The notes under the pieces were generated by a model, which worked only from the letters and a program-made list of their open reading frames with translations, was not told the origin of the DNA and searched no databases. Made by a program: the position numbers and the translations under genes. Below are positions 43,703 through 53,812 of a stretch of DNA of 64,000 bases, piece after piece. The first letter of the stretch is position 1; the number at the start of each line of letters is the position of its first letter. The stretch comes from a virus: IMG/VR virus record IMGVR_UViG_3300017963_000003, positions 128,261 to 192,260 of that record; one strand, given 5' to 3'.

Positions 43703-46681
43703 CTACCAATCTGCATCGCTGCGACCACCCGCGCCGTACTCACCCCACGGGATGGACTCGGTGTCCACCATCGGCTCTTCCTCGGCGTCGTACCACTCCT
43801 GGAACAGATCGAACCATCCCTTGTCGGCCATCACCTGATCCAGGATCTCGCTGACCTCTGTCTCCCTGACGGGATAGAAGTCGCCAAGGATGTACGGCAG
43901 CTCGTCGTAGACCTTGCGCGGACCAAGCGCGACCAGGGCATCGTAGATATTCTCAGCGCCCAAGGCCTCCTTGGACGTCGCGTTCTTGTGATCCGTACCC
44001 GGACGAGGACGACCCCGGCTGACGCCCCACTGGTTGATGGAGAACCCGTCGTTGACCAGGTGCTTGTACCACTGGTCACGGGAGCACGTCGGCAACCGGC
44101 GCAGGATGTAGTTCTTCTCGATGTGCGAGTAGGGGCGAGGGAAGGTGTCGTAGCCTAGCTCCTCGGCCTCTACCATGTCTCCGAGCACGAGATCGTATCC
44201 AGGAGGGGTCATCCTGACCAGCTCGAAGTCCTCTGGGTCTTCCTCCCCGGAACGCTGACCCATGCCCTCCATGTCCCTGACCTGATCGGCCAGGTCCGTG
44301 GCGGCGGCTTTCTGCCCCAGCTTACCGCGACTCTCCAGGATGGAAAATATCGCAGCCCCTACGATGGGGCTGTGCGAAGTGGCCGCCATCTCAGCCAAGT
44401 CTTCGTCCGACAAGCCCTGAAGCTGGTCAGCGGCTGCGGACACGTCCCGCATGAAGTCGTCCACATCCTCCGGCAACTCAGACGACCACTCCCAGAACTC
44501 CTCGCCCTGCGCAGTCTTCTGCGCGTGAACGAACCGCTGCCAGTACCGAGGGTCGACCTCATCAGTCGGGATCTCCGGCATGAAACCGCCCTTGAGATCC
44601 TTGAGCAGCGCATCTGCGGTACGCTCGTCGCCCTCGTCGTAGGCGTCCTTGGCCTCCTTGGCCAGGTTGGCGTAGTAGGAGAACTCCTCGTCAGTGAACG
44701 ACTCGGAGCCGGCTTCGAGGTGCCCCAGAAACTCCTCGACCTCCTGCACGAACCCCTTGGCAGCCATGCGCTTCCCGAACCGACGACGACCCGAAAGGTG
44801 CTCGGCCATCAAGAAAGCAGCCTTGCGGCCCTGGACAGCCGTGGCAGCGCCCTGACCGAGATAACTCTGCAAGTCCTCAAGCAGGTTGTACCACTCGACC
44901 TCTTGCGGAGAGATGTTGAGACTGTTGAGCAGCGGTGAAACCGAATCGTACAGCATCTCCACCTGCGTATCGGCATTCGGATTCAACGCAGCCGAGACCT
45001 GCTGGACGATGAAGTCGTTCGCCGTGATCTGGTGGAAGAGGTTGTCGGTCAGGGTGGCCGGCGCGCTCGGTGTCGACATCGGGGTCATCGGGACTCCGGC
45101 CCCCTCCATCGGAGCAACCATGGTGGGATCGGTCACGGAGGTGTCAGCATCCGGCGCCTGAGGCGCCTGAGGACGCTCGACCCTCGTCCCCTCATCCTGC
45201 GCGTACTTGGAGGCAGCGCGCATACCTTGCGCGGCCTTGACCACACCCTCACCGACCTGGTCCCAGTTGATCTCACCCATCTCGTTGATCCCCGTGTAGG
45301 TATCTTCACCGTACACGTCACTGAAACCCTGCTCGGCCTGGAGCAGCTGACCGAAGTTGGAGATCGAGTTAGAGATTTGAGCCAGCTCAGCCGCACGGGA
45401 GAAGTTCATCTCGTTGCCCACGATGTTGTAGTAGGCCCGCTTGGTAGCGACGTTGTCGAACCCCTCCAAGTCCTCGGCAGGCTCTTCTTCCTCGTTCTTG
45501 CTCCACGGCCACGAGAAAGCCTCGCGAGAAGACTCCTTACCGGTCCCCTCGTTCTTCTTGCGGTCCCGCTTCACCTCGTCGGCGTGGTCCTTGTTGCGAT
45601 CCTGCTCACGCTTACGCTCGGGGCTCTTCGGCATATCGCGCTTGTACGAAGAGTCGAGATCCTTGGGGCTGTGGTCTTTCTCGACCTGCAACCCGTGAGA
45701 GTCCTCCTCGGTGGGGCGACCCTCCACGTTCCAGTCCTTGTCACCAAAGTCCTGCGCGACACGAGACAGGATCTCAGACCACGCGCGCTTCTTGCGTGCC
45801 ACGTGGACTTCCTTCTCGCCGGGCTGGATGACATCAATGATGGTGTCCTCGTACCCGGAGGTCTCCATGCCGGTGCGAGGATCAACGCCATGGAACCCTG
45901 CACGACCGCCGTAGAGGTCGGGCACGCGTTCGGTCACGGTGGCCACGAGGTAGCTGCCGGGGCTGGTCTCGAACAGCACCATGTCGCCTTCCTCGTAGTA
46001 CACGCCCTGCGGCTCGCCCTTCTCCTCGACCGGGAGGATGCCGTAGGTACGACGAAGACCCCCAGCGTCCAACCGAACCTGGCGAGGCTGGTAGCCACGC
46101 TGGTTGCGCTCAGCCACAGCACGGTCGATCTCGTCCCCCTCCAGCGGAGGATCATACTGACCCCGGAGCGGCTCCAGCTCGTACGTGGTGTTGCGCTGCA
46201 AGATCTCATCCACGGTACTCTGCGCGAGGATGCGCATACGACCGTTGTGGATGAGCGTCGACGGAGGTACCACGCTCCCTGCGGTGACGTGCACCGGGAG
46301 CACAGCATGGCACTGTACACCGCTCAGAGAGGCGAACTTCACGTTGAACTGGATCTCGGCGTCCACCACCGCGTTCTCGTCGTGAGCAGCGTAACGGACA
46401 AACTTCGAGGCGCCGTACGTGATGCTGGGACGTACCGGGAACTCGCAAGCATCCAGACACGACTGCGCGGTGATCGCAGCTTCCTGGATGTAAGCATTGA
46501 GAGAGCGGTCTTCTCCCCGCAGACCCACAGAGGAACGCTGCAAGAAGATGTCCGAGAGGTCCACCCCGCCAGCCGTCCGCGACATGTTCTCCCGCATGGC
46601 CACGATGCGCTTATCGTGCTCCCGGAACAAGGGATGGTTGGCAACGTGGTTCCTCTGCTTCAGCTCTTCGAACTTAGGCAT
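43703..46681 (-). CDS. Giant modular protein (~992 aa), putative head-internal protein or polyprotein
   Basis: About 10 basic [RK]xA linkers separating acidic modules. Confidence 0.8.
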   Translation of the reverse strand: MPKFEELKQRNHVANHPLFREHDKRIVAMRENMSRTAGGVDLSDIFLQRSSVGLRGEDRSLNAYIQEAAITAQSCLDACEFPVRPSITYGASKFVRYAAHDENAVVDAEIQFNVKFASLSGVQCHAVLPVHVTAGSVVPPSTLIHNGRMRILAQSTVDEILQRNTTYELEPLRGQYDPPLEGDEIDRAVAERNQRGYQPRQVRLDAGGLRRTYGILPVEEKGEPQGVYYEEGDMVLFETSPGSYLVATVTERVPDLYGGRAGFHGVDPRTGMETSGYEDTIIDVIQPGEKEVHVARKKRAWSEILSRVAQDFGDKDWNVEGRPTEEDSHGLQVEKDHSPKDLDSSYKRDMPKSPERKREQDRNKDHADEVKRDRKKNEGTGKESSREAFSWPWSKNEEEEPAEDLEGFDNVATKRAYYNIVGNEMNFSRAAELAQISNSISNFGQLLQAEQGFSDVYGEDTYTGINEMGEINWDQVGEGVVKAAQGMRAASKYAQDEGTRVERPQAPQAPDADTSVTDPTMVAPMEGAGVPMTPMSTPSAPATLTDNLFHQITANDFIVQQVSAALNPNADTQVEMLYDSVSPLLNSLNISPQEVEWYNLLEDLQSYLGQGAATAVQGRKAAFLMAEHLSGRRRFGKRMAAKGFVQEVEEFLGHLEAGSESFTDEEFSYYANLAKEAKDAYDEGDERTADALLKDLKGGFMPEIPTDEVDPRYWQRFVHAQKTAQGEEFWEWSSELPEDVDDFMRDVSAAADQLQGLSDEDLAEMAATSHSPIVGAAIFSILESRGKLGQKAAATDLADQVRDMEGMGQRSGEEDPEDFELVRMTPPGYDLVLGDMVEAEELGYDTFPRPYSHIEKNYILRRLPTCSRDQWYKHLVNDGFSINQWGVSRGRPRPGTDHKNATSKEALGAENIYDALVALGPRKVYDELPYILGDFYPVRETEVSEILDQVMADKGWFDLFQEWYDAEEEPMVDTESIPWGEYGAGGRSDADW

Positions 46682-46685
46682 CGCC

Positions 46686-47075
46686 CTACCTTTTCTTTGT
46701 CGCAACCGGCATCGCGGTCTTACCTACCGTGACACGCCCACCGGGTACCATCGGGGCAGAAGCCGCCTGTACCGTCTGCCGCTCCCGTTGAGATCTCAAA
46801 TCAGGCTGAACGGGCTTGTTCTCAAAGGACTCCGGACGTACGCAAACGACTTTCGTGGAGTCTATGATAATGCCCGGATACGATCCCGCTTCCGGAGGAG
46901 ACCAGAACCTCAAACCAGGATCACCCTCGTCGGTCCTGCGCTCCAAGATCCTCGCCCACAACGCCTCCTCGGTATTCTCGGCAGCGAGTACACGAAAAAC
47001 AGAACCGCTATCACAATACACGATGTAGGCAAAAAGCGAGTCTGGGCACTTAGTAGTCAAGGTCTTCACCCTCAA
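46686..47075 (-). CDS. Hypothetical protein
   Basis: ORF track; start uncertain. Confidence 0.55.
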   Translation of the reverse strand: MRVKTLTTKCPDSLFAYIVYCDSGSVFRVLAAENTEEALWARILERRTDEGDPGLRFWSPPEAGSYPGIIIDSTKVVCVRPESFENKPVQPDLRSQRERQTVQAASAPMVPGGRVTVGKTAMPVATKKR

Positions 47076-47658
47076 TGGCGTGAAGGAGGCTCTCCTCCCT
47101 CAAAGCAAGGATTGTCTCGTGGTGTACTGCGAGACGGTCCTTGTGATACGCGTCCAGATCCTGCTGAGAGTAGGCCAACAGGAGAACTCGGTCCCCCACG
47201 TCGACACCTTTGTCAGAGGCAAACCCTGCGTTCACCTCGACAACACCGTCGCACCCCTCACAGCTCCAGCGATCAACACCACCGACCCGCGTACTCTCTT
47301 CCAGGGCCAGAACTTCCCCGTCCCGCAGGAAGATCACGTCCAGAGGGAAACCCACAGATCCTTGGTGGAAGACCACGTCGCAGTAACCGGGGTACGGGAA
47401 ATACAACCCCTCGTTCTCTTCGAGCGAAGAATAGCCCTGGAGACCTTGACGCTTCTCTTGGTCAGTGGCAGCAACCTTGCACTCCACCTTGACGTCCTTG
47501 TCCATCCAGCGGGCCTTCACCTTCACCACCTGACGGGGTCGCATCCTTTCGCCAAGCCGCACTATCCCGCTCTCGAACATGTGGATGTAGGGACGCTCTC
47601 CGTCAACGAGCATCCCGAAATCATCCGTATACGTACGAGACTGCAACTTGACCAGCAC
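47050..47658 (-). CDS. DUF192-domain protein
   Basis: AATDQEKRQGLQG...EGLYFPY...FHQGSVGFPLDVIFL. Confidence 0.75.
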   Translation of the reverse strand: MLVKLQSRTYTDDFGMLVDGERPYIHMFESGIVRLGERMRPRQVVKVKARWMDKDVKVECKVAATDQEKRQGLQGYSSLEENEGLYFPYPGYCDVVFHQGSVGFPLDVIFLRDGEVLALEESTRVGGVDRWSCEGCDGVVEVNAGFASDKGVDVGDRVLLLAYSQQDLDAYHKDRLAVHHETILALREESLLHAIEGEDLDY

Positions 47659-47669
47659 GGGCTACCTCG

Positions 47670-48086
47670 CTACTTGCGCTTCTTCTTACCCTTGGGGGCC
47701 TTCTTGGGCTTCGCCGGCTCCTCGGTCTGAGGCGGCTCCTCAGGCTCCTTCGGCGGCTCCTCAGGCTCCTTCGGCGGCTCCTCAGGCTCCTTCGGCGGCT
47801 CTTCCTTGGGGGCCTCGACCTCTTTCTCCTCACGCAGCTCCTCGATGGAGGGGTGCGCGAGGATCTTGGCCACCTCGGGCAGCGACCTCAGAACCTCCGA
47901 CGACACGCCCGTCGCCTCGACAAGGTCCACAACACGTGCGTGCGGGATAACGACGCTCCGGACACCCTCGCGAGCCAGCTTACGCCGCTTGTGCTTGGGG
48001 GTCTCGGGAGGAAATTCCACGGGAGGGTAGACCATGAAGGCCACCTGGCCCTGCCCGACATTCCGTACTCTCAGCGAATCACCCAT
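47670..48086 (-). CDS. Hypothetical protein with EEPPKEP repeats and a basic tail
   Basis: 21-bp tandem DNA repeat at ~47732-47805. Confidence 0.75.
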   Translation of the reverse strand: MGDSLRVRNVGQGQVAFMVYPPVEFPPETPKHKRRKLAREGVRSVVIPHARVVDLVEATGVSSEVLRSLPEVAKILAHPSIEELREEKEVEAPKEEPPKEPEEPPKEPEEPPKEPEEPPQTEEPAKPKKAPKGKKKRK

Positions 48087-48101
48087 CGGGGGCTCCTTTC
48101 A

Positions 48102-51100
48102 CTACTGAAGAAGGCTCGAAAAGCTCTTGTTGCTCGCGAGACCAAAAAGATCCCGCGCCTCTTGCATCGTCATGCCCAGCTCGGTGAGCAGACGCTCCGC
48201 GAGCTTGCTGGCCTTCATCGACGTCACCTGCTCGGGGCTACTGGCCTCGACCGACATCTGCTGAATCTCAGAGAGGATCTGGAACGCACGCTCTTCGTTG
48301 GAAAGACCGCTCTCCATACCACTCTCGGGAGTCGGAGGCTGCACGGGGGCAGTGGGCTTGGCCGGAGCTGCCGGAGCACCCGGAGTCGGAGCACCCGGAG
48401 TCGGAGCACCCGGAGTCGGAGCCGACGGTTGCACGGGAGCAGCGGGCTGCGGCGCCGGGGCCGCCTGGGCCTGCATCATCCTGCGACGGTTGATCTTGCG
48501 CAGCACGAGCTTGGCCATGCGCGCTGCCGTCGGAGGGGCAACAGGCGCAGCAGGAGATGCCGGCGGTGCAGCAGGAGATGCCGGCGGTGCAGCGGGAGAT
48601 GCCGGGGCCGGGGTACCCGCAGCAGGGGGTGCGGCAGGGGCTGCCGGTGTCTTCTGCTGTCCCGGAGTGGTAGGCTTCGCCTGAGTGCCCGGCTTGGCTA
48701 GCTGGATCTGGAGGATCTTCTGCTTGTCCTCGGGGTCCATCAGATTGATGTCTTCGACAGCCCAACCCAGGGTCTGAAGACCTTGATCGCCCGCACCCAT
48801 CGGGGCGCCCTTGGGAGCCGGAGCCCCACCAGGTACCGCAGGTGCAGGAGCGCCAGGAGCGCCAGGAGCGCTAGGAGCAGCCGGAGCGGGGGCCGGGGCC
48901 GCAGGTGCCGGAGCTGCCGGCTGTGCTGCCGGGGCTGCCGCCTGGGCCTCTCGACGCGCCCTCAACCACGCAGCGCGACGAGCAGCCTTCTCATCCTTCT
49001 TGGGACCAGAGGGCTTCTCATCCTTCTTGGGACCAGAGGGCTTCGACTCGGAAGTGTCACCCTTGGACAGCTCCTTGCCGTAACCACCCATGTAGTCCTC
49101 CCAGTACTTCTTGGCGCCCTCATCGACAGCCTCGACGTCACCCTCAGGGTCCGCATCGCCTTCCTTGTCCTTGCGCCCTCCGCCACCGCATCCGGCCTCA
49201 AGGTCGAAAGGGCGACCGCCCCTCCTTGCACTCACGGCCTGCGGAGCTGCGGCAGCCGGGGTAGCCTGCGCGGGATCGACGGTCCCCTCGGCCTGATCGG
49301 CCTCCTCGGCACCGGGCATGCTCGGACGATACTTGCTCCAGTCGACCTCTTCCCCGCCCAGAGCCAACGTCAAGCCGTGCAGCTCCTCCGCCGACTCGGC
49401 TTCGAGGTCACGACTGTAGTTGCCGTCGCCGCCCCAGTTCTCCTTGAGGCGCGGACCGGCCTCGCGACGAGACTCCTTACCTCCACCTTGCTCCTTGGTC
49501 TTGTACCCCTCGCCCTTCATCCAGTTGGCGAGCGCCCACGGATTGTCCACTCCAGCCTCACCCTTCAGGTCCTTGACCACGCGCTCCCACCCAGAGCCAT
49601 CCGGAGCTTTGGCGATCCTGTATGCAACACGCACGGCGTCACCCGTAGCCGCCTGGAGAGCCTCTTCAATCATCTGTGCAGTCTGTGGGTCGAGTTGCGC
49701 CCCTTGCATATACTGAATGACTATGTCGGAGGCCTGCATCTCGTCCACCCCCTGAGAAACGAGATATTCGATAGCAGCCTGTTCCATCTGATCGTCACCA
49801 AGCGCCCACTGGGCAACACGCAGAATGGCCTGGCGTCGACCGTACGGGCTAAACCCGTGAAAGTCGGGATCACCGCGATACTCGTCGAACTCGTCAGAGA
49901 AAGGCTCATCGTCGGAGTCGCCACGATACTCCAAAACGGGGTGACCGTCTTCGAGCAGGACCACATTCTCTCCGGCAACGCTACCGTAGCCCTCGGAAGA
50001 CATCTCAACGAACTCGTCGTAGGCCGACTCAGCCTCCTGGAAGGTATCACCCTTGTAGACCGTCTCCTGGCCCACGAGAACCTCGTACATGCCCGTCTTG
50101 GGCATGAAGACGTTGTTGGCCGCCCACTTGTCTTCGTCCATGATGTCGCGAAGGAGGGTCTCACTGGGGCGCGCAGCAGACATCCTACGATAGATGTCTG
50201 AGGCATCCGAAGTCGGCTCGGTGAAAGAGTCCACCAGGCGACCCATCTTCGCCTGCCCCTCTTCCTCGTCCTTCAAGTCTTTGCCGCCACCCTGAGGGGT
50301 GTGGATGACCTTGGCCGGGTCAGAGGGCTTCTCACCGTCGTTCTTCTTCTTGCCGGGCTCTTCCTGAACCTTGGGGTTGTAGGGATCGGAGTCCTCGGCC
50401 CGACGGCGCGCTGCGGCACCTCCAGCGGGAGCGCTGCCGCTGCCATCACTACCGTCCACCATCGGAGCGCCGTCCTCTTCACCCATCTGGGCCTTGCCAG
50501 AGCCGAGCTGACCAGGGCCGCGCTTGGGCTTCTTCACCTCGTGGAGACCTCGACGACGAGCTTCATGCCCGTGCAGATCGGCATAGTCCTCCAAAAGATC
50601 CGCAGCGATGGCATGCCAATCTACCTCGCGCCACTCCACATTCGGACCCGGCATCTCGTAGAACGCCTCTTCAACCTGAGGAGCCAGTTCCTGCGGAGAA
50701 TCAGGCCCCTCCGCCAACTCCATGGCGTAGCGGTATGCACCATCATCGTTCATGATCCACAGGTACACCTCGTTGGTGTCCCAGTTCATGTTGTCACGCG
50801 CGTTGCGGCGACGAGCGTTCTTGCCGTCCTCCTGGATGCGCACCACGCGGTCACGCCAGTTGGTGCTGTTCCCGGAAGTATCCGAGCCCAGGTTGGTATC
50901 CGGCAAACCACCCCGACCCTCCTCGGAACGAGGACGCTTGTTGCCGGCCGGGTTGAAGTGCGAGGGATTGTGACTCGTCGAGTCCGGACCCAGGTTGGTG
51001 TTGGGCTTTGAGGTGCCCTTCGGGTCCGTCCCCTTCGGACGCTTGTTGATCTCGGGCTTGAACTTACCCTTGGGCTCCTTGCTCGCGGAGTCCTCACCGA

Positions 51101-51401
51101 GGACCTCAGCAGGTCCACCAGGCAGTTTCACCTGATCGCCCTGCGTCTCGTTGACGCCAGGAATGGGCATCGCGGCGTTCTTACAAAACGCCGTCACCGC
51201 AGCATCCAAGTGGAAAAGGGGAGCCTCGAACGCCTGGTCTGGTGAATTCTCCGGCGGGAAGACCTCCACCATGTCGGTATCAGCGTTGATCCGAATCAAC
51301 CAGCCCCCGTGCTCAACCATGCGGTCGTTGAACAACGCGTGCTTCACGTGGCCCGGATTGACCTTCTGGCTATCAGTGCGCTGCGTCCGTGTTCTTGACA
51401 T
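48102..51401 (-). CDS. Giant modular Pro/Ala-rich protein (~1100 aa), putative head-internal protein or polyprotein
   Basis: Mosaic of small domains (NWDTNEVYLWIMND, DNPWALANWM, YWEDYMGGYG) joined by basic [RK]xA linkers. Confidence 0.8.
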   Translation of the reverse strand: MSRTRTQRTDSQKVNPGHVKHALFNDRMVEHGGWLIRINADTDMVEVFPPENSPDQAFEAPLFHLDAAVTAFCKNAAMPIPGVNETQGDQVKLPGGPAEVLGEDSASKEPKGKFKPEINKRPKGTDPKGTSKPNTNLGPDSTSHNPSHFNPAGNKRPRSEEGRGGLPDTNLGSDTSGNSTNWRDRVVRIQEDGKNARRRNARDNMNWDTNEVYLWIMNDDGAYRYAMELAEGPDSPQELAPQVEEAFYEMPGPNVEWREVDWHAIAADLLEDYADLHGHEARRRGLHEVKKPKRGPGQLGSGKAQMGEEDGAPMVDGSDGSGSAPAGGAAARRRAEDSDPYNPKVQEEPGKKKNDGEKPSDPAKVIHTPQGGGKDLKDEEEGQAKMGRLVDSFTEPTSDASDIYRRMSAARPSETLLRDIMDEDKWAANNVFMPKTGMYEVLVGQETVYKGDTFQEAESAYDEFVEMSSEGYGSVAGENVVLLEDGHPVLEYRGDSDDEPFSDEFDEYRGDPDFHGFSPYGRRQAILRVAQWALGDDQMEQAAIEYLVSQGVDEMQASDIVIQYMQGAQLDPQTAQMIEEALQAATGDAVRVAYRIAKAPDGSGWERVVKDLKGEAGVDNPWALANWMKGEGYKTKEQGGGKESRREAGPRLKENWGGDGNYSRDLEAESAEELHGLTLALGGEEVDWSKYRPSMPGAEEADQAEGTVDPAQATPAAAAPQAVSARRGGRPFDLEAGCGGGGRKDKEGDADPEGDVEAVDEGAKKYWEDYMGGYGKELSKGDTSESKPSGPKKDEKPSGPKKDEKAARRAAWLRARREAQAAAPAAQPAAPAPAAPAPAPAAPSAPGAPGAPAPAVPGGAPAPKGAPMGAGDQGLQTLGWAVEDINLMDPEDKQKILQIQLAKPGTQAKPTTPGQQKTPAAPAAPPAAGTPAPASPAAPPASPAAPPASPAAPVAPPTAARMAKLVLRKINRRRMMQAQAAPAPQPAAPVQPSAPTPGAPTPGAPTPGAPAAPAKPTAPVQPPTPESGMESGLSNEERAFQILSEIQQMSVEASSPEQVTSMKASKLAERLLTELGMTMQEARDLFGLASNKSFSSLLQ

Positions 51402-51433
51402 TTTATCCCTCAACCTCGTTGTGGAAACCAACG

Positions 51434-53380
51434 CTACATCACGTACAGTTTTCCGTCATCCCCTACATAGAGATACTGCTCACCGAACAGTTGAGCTGCC
51501 CGTGACAGGCGCTCGCCCACTTCTCCAACATCGCGATCCCAGAAACCCGCCCCGTGACCGTTACGGGTCAACCAGAAGTCGTGACCAGCCTGAGCCGACC
51601 ACATCTCATCCCCTGACCAGTCCGGCCCATGCCCGAGCAACGATGCGTACGATTCTAGATCCTCTCGATTCTCCGACTGGAAACGACGACAGTCATCTGC
51701 CATCTTAGTCAGAGCTTCAGGAGAGAGGTCCTCTGGTCCGTAGTTCTCGTCGAGGGGCCGACCACCACTGTCGTCGCTCTCATCGGTCGACGACCAGATG
51801 GCGGCTTCGATGTACCCTTCCGTGAAGGAGTCAACACCGGCCTGAGCTTCGCGGCCAGGAACTCCATCTTCCTCGCGCTGCGCCTCGTAAGGATCGTCAA
51901 CCGCAACCCCGAGACCTTGAAGACGCGTGCCGTACTCGTCCCACGCGTCCATGTAGTCCTCGTCCCACATCCAACTATCGGAAGATCCCGGAATGAACGC
52001 CAAGATGTAGGCTGCCCGGTATGCGGGGTCGTCCGCATCCTCTCGATTCTCCGCCGCAAGACCTTCTTCCCACGTTCCGCCTCTGTAAGCGGCATCGTAG
52101 TTCCCGGAATTGAAACCCTTGGAAAGCTGCGACCACTCCTCGTCGCCCCGAGCCTGGCGACTGGCGGAGGGTCCCTCCTCAAAAGGGCGCTCACCCTCCT
52201 CGTCGTCCTCATTATCCTCGAATTCTATACCAAGGAACTTCTCTCGGTTGTACGAATTCTGGATGCCTTCGATCATCTGCCGAAGTTCCGCAGCCGTCGT
52301 CGTGAACGCGAAGCCATCGTACGCTTCGGTCAGCGGATCGTAACCTTCGCGCTCTTCAGTCTTCCACCGCTCGTCCATCTCCTCCGGAGACAGCCGCTCG
52401 GAGTCCCAGTCCTCCAGCTCGGCAAAAGCCTCCTGGAGGGCCTCGTCCTCGCTGCCCCAGCCCTGCTGAATCCACACAGCGGAGGAAGGGGTAAAGCTCG
52501 AACTGTCGTGAACGACACCCACGTAAACGGGATCGTCGTTCAGTGACAGATAAGTATCTCCACCAACTCGTGCTACAGCGGTAGAATCGAACGCCGGGGT
52601 CTGCTGGGCGCGCTTACGCGCCTTCGGCCCCGTGGTCCGCACACGCTGCTGGGGGACAGGGGCGTCTCCCTCGAAAGGGCGACCCGCCTCGTCTCCGTCC
52701 TCCCCACAAAAGGATGGACCGAAATCCATCCCCTCCAGGAGGTAACGCTCGCCGGAATCCACCTCGTTGATGAGGCCCAGAACGAACCTACGCGACTTCA
52801 CTTGATGCGGAAGAGGGCCGTTCAGACCGTGGTAGACCATCGCCCGGTCGAAGTCCTCCTGAGTGTGGATGTCGGAGGCGATACGCGTCAGATCGGACAA
52901 CGGCAACGTCGTGTAGCCCTCCTGTCCGATCTGCTCGATGACGGCAGCGGCAGCCGAACGAGGGAAGTTGCGCTTGTAGTGATCGTGCAGAATCAAGTAC
53001 TGCTCCGCAGTGATCGATCCCGTACGATTCTTCTTCCACATGCGCTCCAGGTGCCCGTGCAGAGCACGAAGACCCGCGTCCTTGTCCCGGCCAGCATGGC
53101 CTTTGACGCGCATGAACGCGTCGTAGACAGACGCCACCGGGAGCTTCGCGTTCACCTCGGAAGCTTCCGCTTCGAGACGCTCCGCGATGAGCTTCTGTAC
53201 ACGAGCAACGTGCGGGACGTTGAGCCGGAACTCGTTCTCGTACTCGGCCTCCTTGGCCTGACGCTCTTCCACCGCCCGTGCGTAACGAGACCGAAGACGG
53301 TTCGCGTCCACACCATGAACGGAGCGGCCCGAGAGGTCCGCGAGATCCTGGCATACATTCCTGCCGTATCGGGTTGTCAT
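51434..53380 (-). CDS. Large modular protein
   Basis: C-terminal module AGHDFWLTRNGHGAGFWDR; RKRAQ, RQAR and REAQ linkers. Confidence 0.8.
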   Translation of the reverse strand: MTTRYGRNVCQDLADLSGRSVHGVDANRLRSRYARAVEERQAKEAEYENEFRLNVPHVARVQKLIAERLEAEASEVNAKLPVASVYDAFMRVKGHAGRDKDAGLRALHGHLERMWKKNRTGSITAEQYLILHDHYKRNFPRSAAAAVIEQIGQEGYTTLPLSDLTRIASDIHTQEDFDRAMVYHGLNGPLPHQVKSRRFVLGLINEVDSGERYLLEGMDFGPSFCGEDGDEAGRPFEGDAPVPQQRVRTTGPKARKRAQQTPAFDSTAVARVGGDTYLSLNDDPVYVGVVHDSSSFTPSSAVWIQQGWGSEDEALQEAFAELEDWDSERLSPEEMDERWKTEEREGYDPLTEAYDGFAFTTTAAELRQMIEGIQNSYNREKFLGIEFEDNEDDEEGERPFEEGPSASRQARGDEEWSQLSKGFNSGNYDAAYRGGTWEEGLAAENREDADDPAYRAAYILAFIPGSSDSWMWDEDYMDAWDEYGTRLQGLGVAVDDPYEAQREEDGVPGREAQAGVDSFTEGYIEAAIWSSTDESDDSGGRPLDENYGPEDLSPEALTKMADDCRRFQSENREDLESYASLLGHGPDWSGDEMWSAQAGHDFWLTRNGHGAGFWDRDVGEVGERLSRAAQLFGEQYLYVGDDGKLYVM

Positions 53381-53452
53381 TGTTTTACCTCGCTCTGCCG
53401 CAAAACTTCTCAGTTTCGTTAGACAGTTGTACCACGGGGGGTTTGCGGAGTT

Positions 53453-53812
53453 CTAAACTCCAGCCGACCTTTTTTCACTTTTCAGGAGATCGCGCATCAG
53501 CTTGCCCATGAAGTACTCAACGCCACACGATTTGCATCTCACTTTGAGGGGCAACGTACCGAAAACAGTAGACAGTTGAGCGTCACAACAAGGGCTGGTC
53601 ACATCCCGACAGTCCTCTACATCCTCGGGACAATCTTGATCGGAAGAGGACTCGGCGTCTGGCTCATCCTGAGAAGAAGCTTGACTCCGCGTCTGACGAA
53701 GCAGCGCCAGCAACTCGGATAGCTTGGCCTGACGCTCCTCCCCGTGAGGAGAGGCTTTAATGATGTCCTGGATGGCTTCGTGGAGAGATTCTGCGGAAGG
53801 TGGGGTGGGCAT
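53453..53812 (-). CDS. Small Zn-ribbon protein
   Basis: SPCC...CKSC; TAATG coupling. Confidence 0.65.
   Translation of the reverse strand: MPTPPSAESLHEAIQDIIKASPHGEERQAKLSELLALLRQTRSQASSQDEPDAESSSDQDCPEDVEDCRDVTSPCCDAQLSTVFGTLPLKVRCKSCGVEYFMGKLMRDLLKSEKRSAGV

Noticed and set aside
47732-49040. Short tandem repeats (21, 15 and 27 bp) and the GC-rich repeats at 63840-64000
   Set aside because: In-frame coding repeats for Pro/Ala/Glu/Lys linkers; no sign of an independent DNA function.
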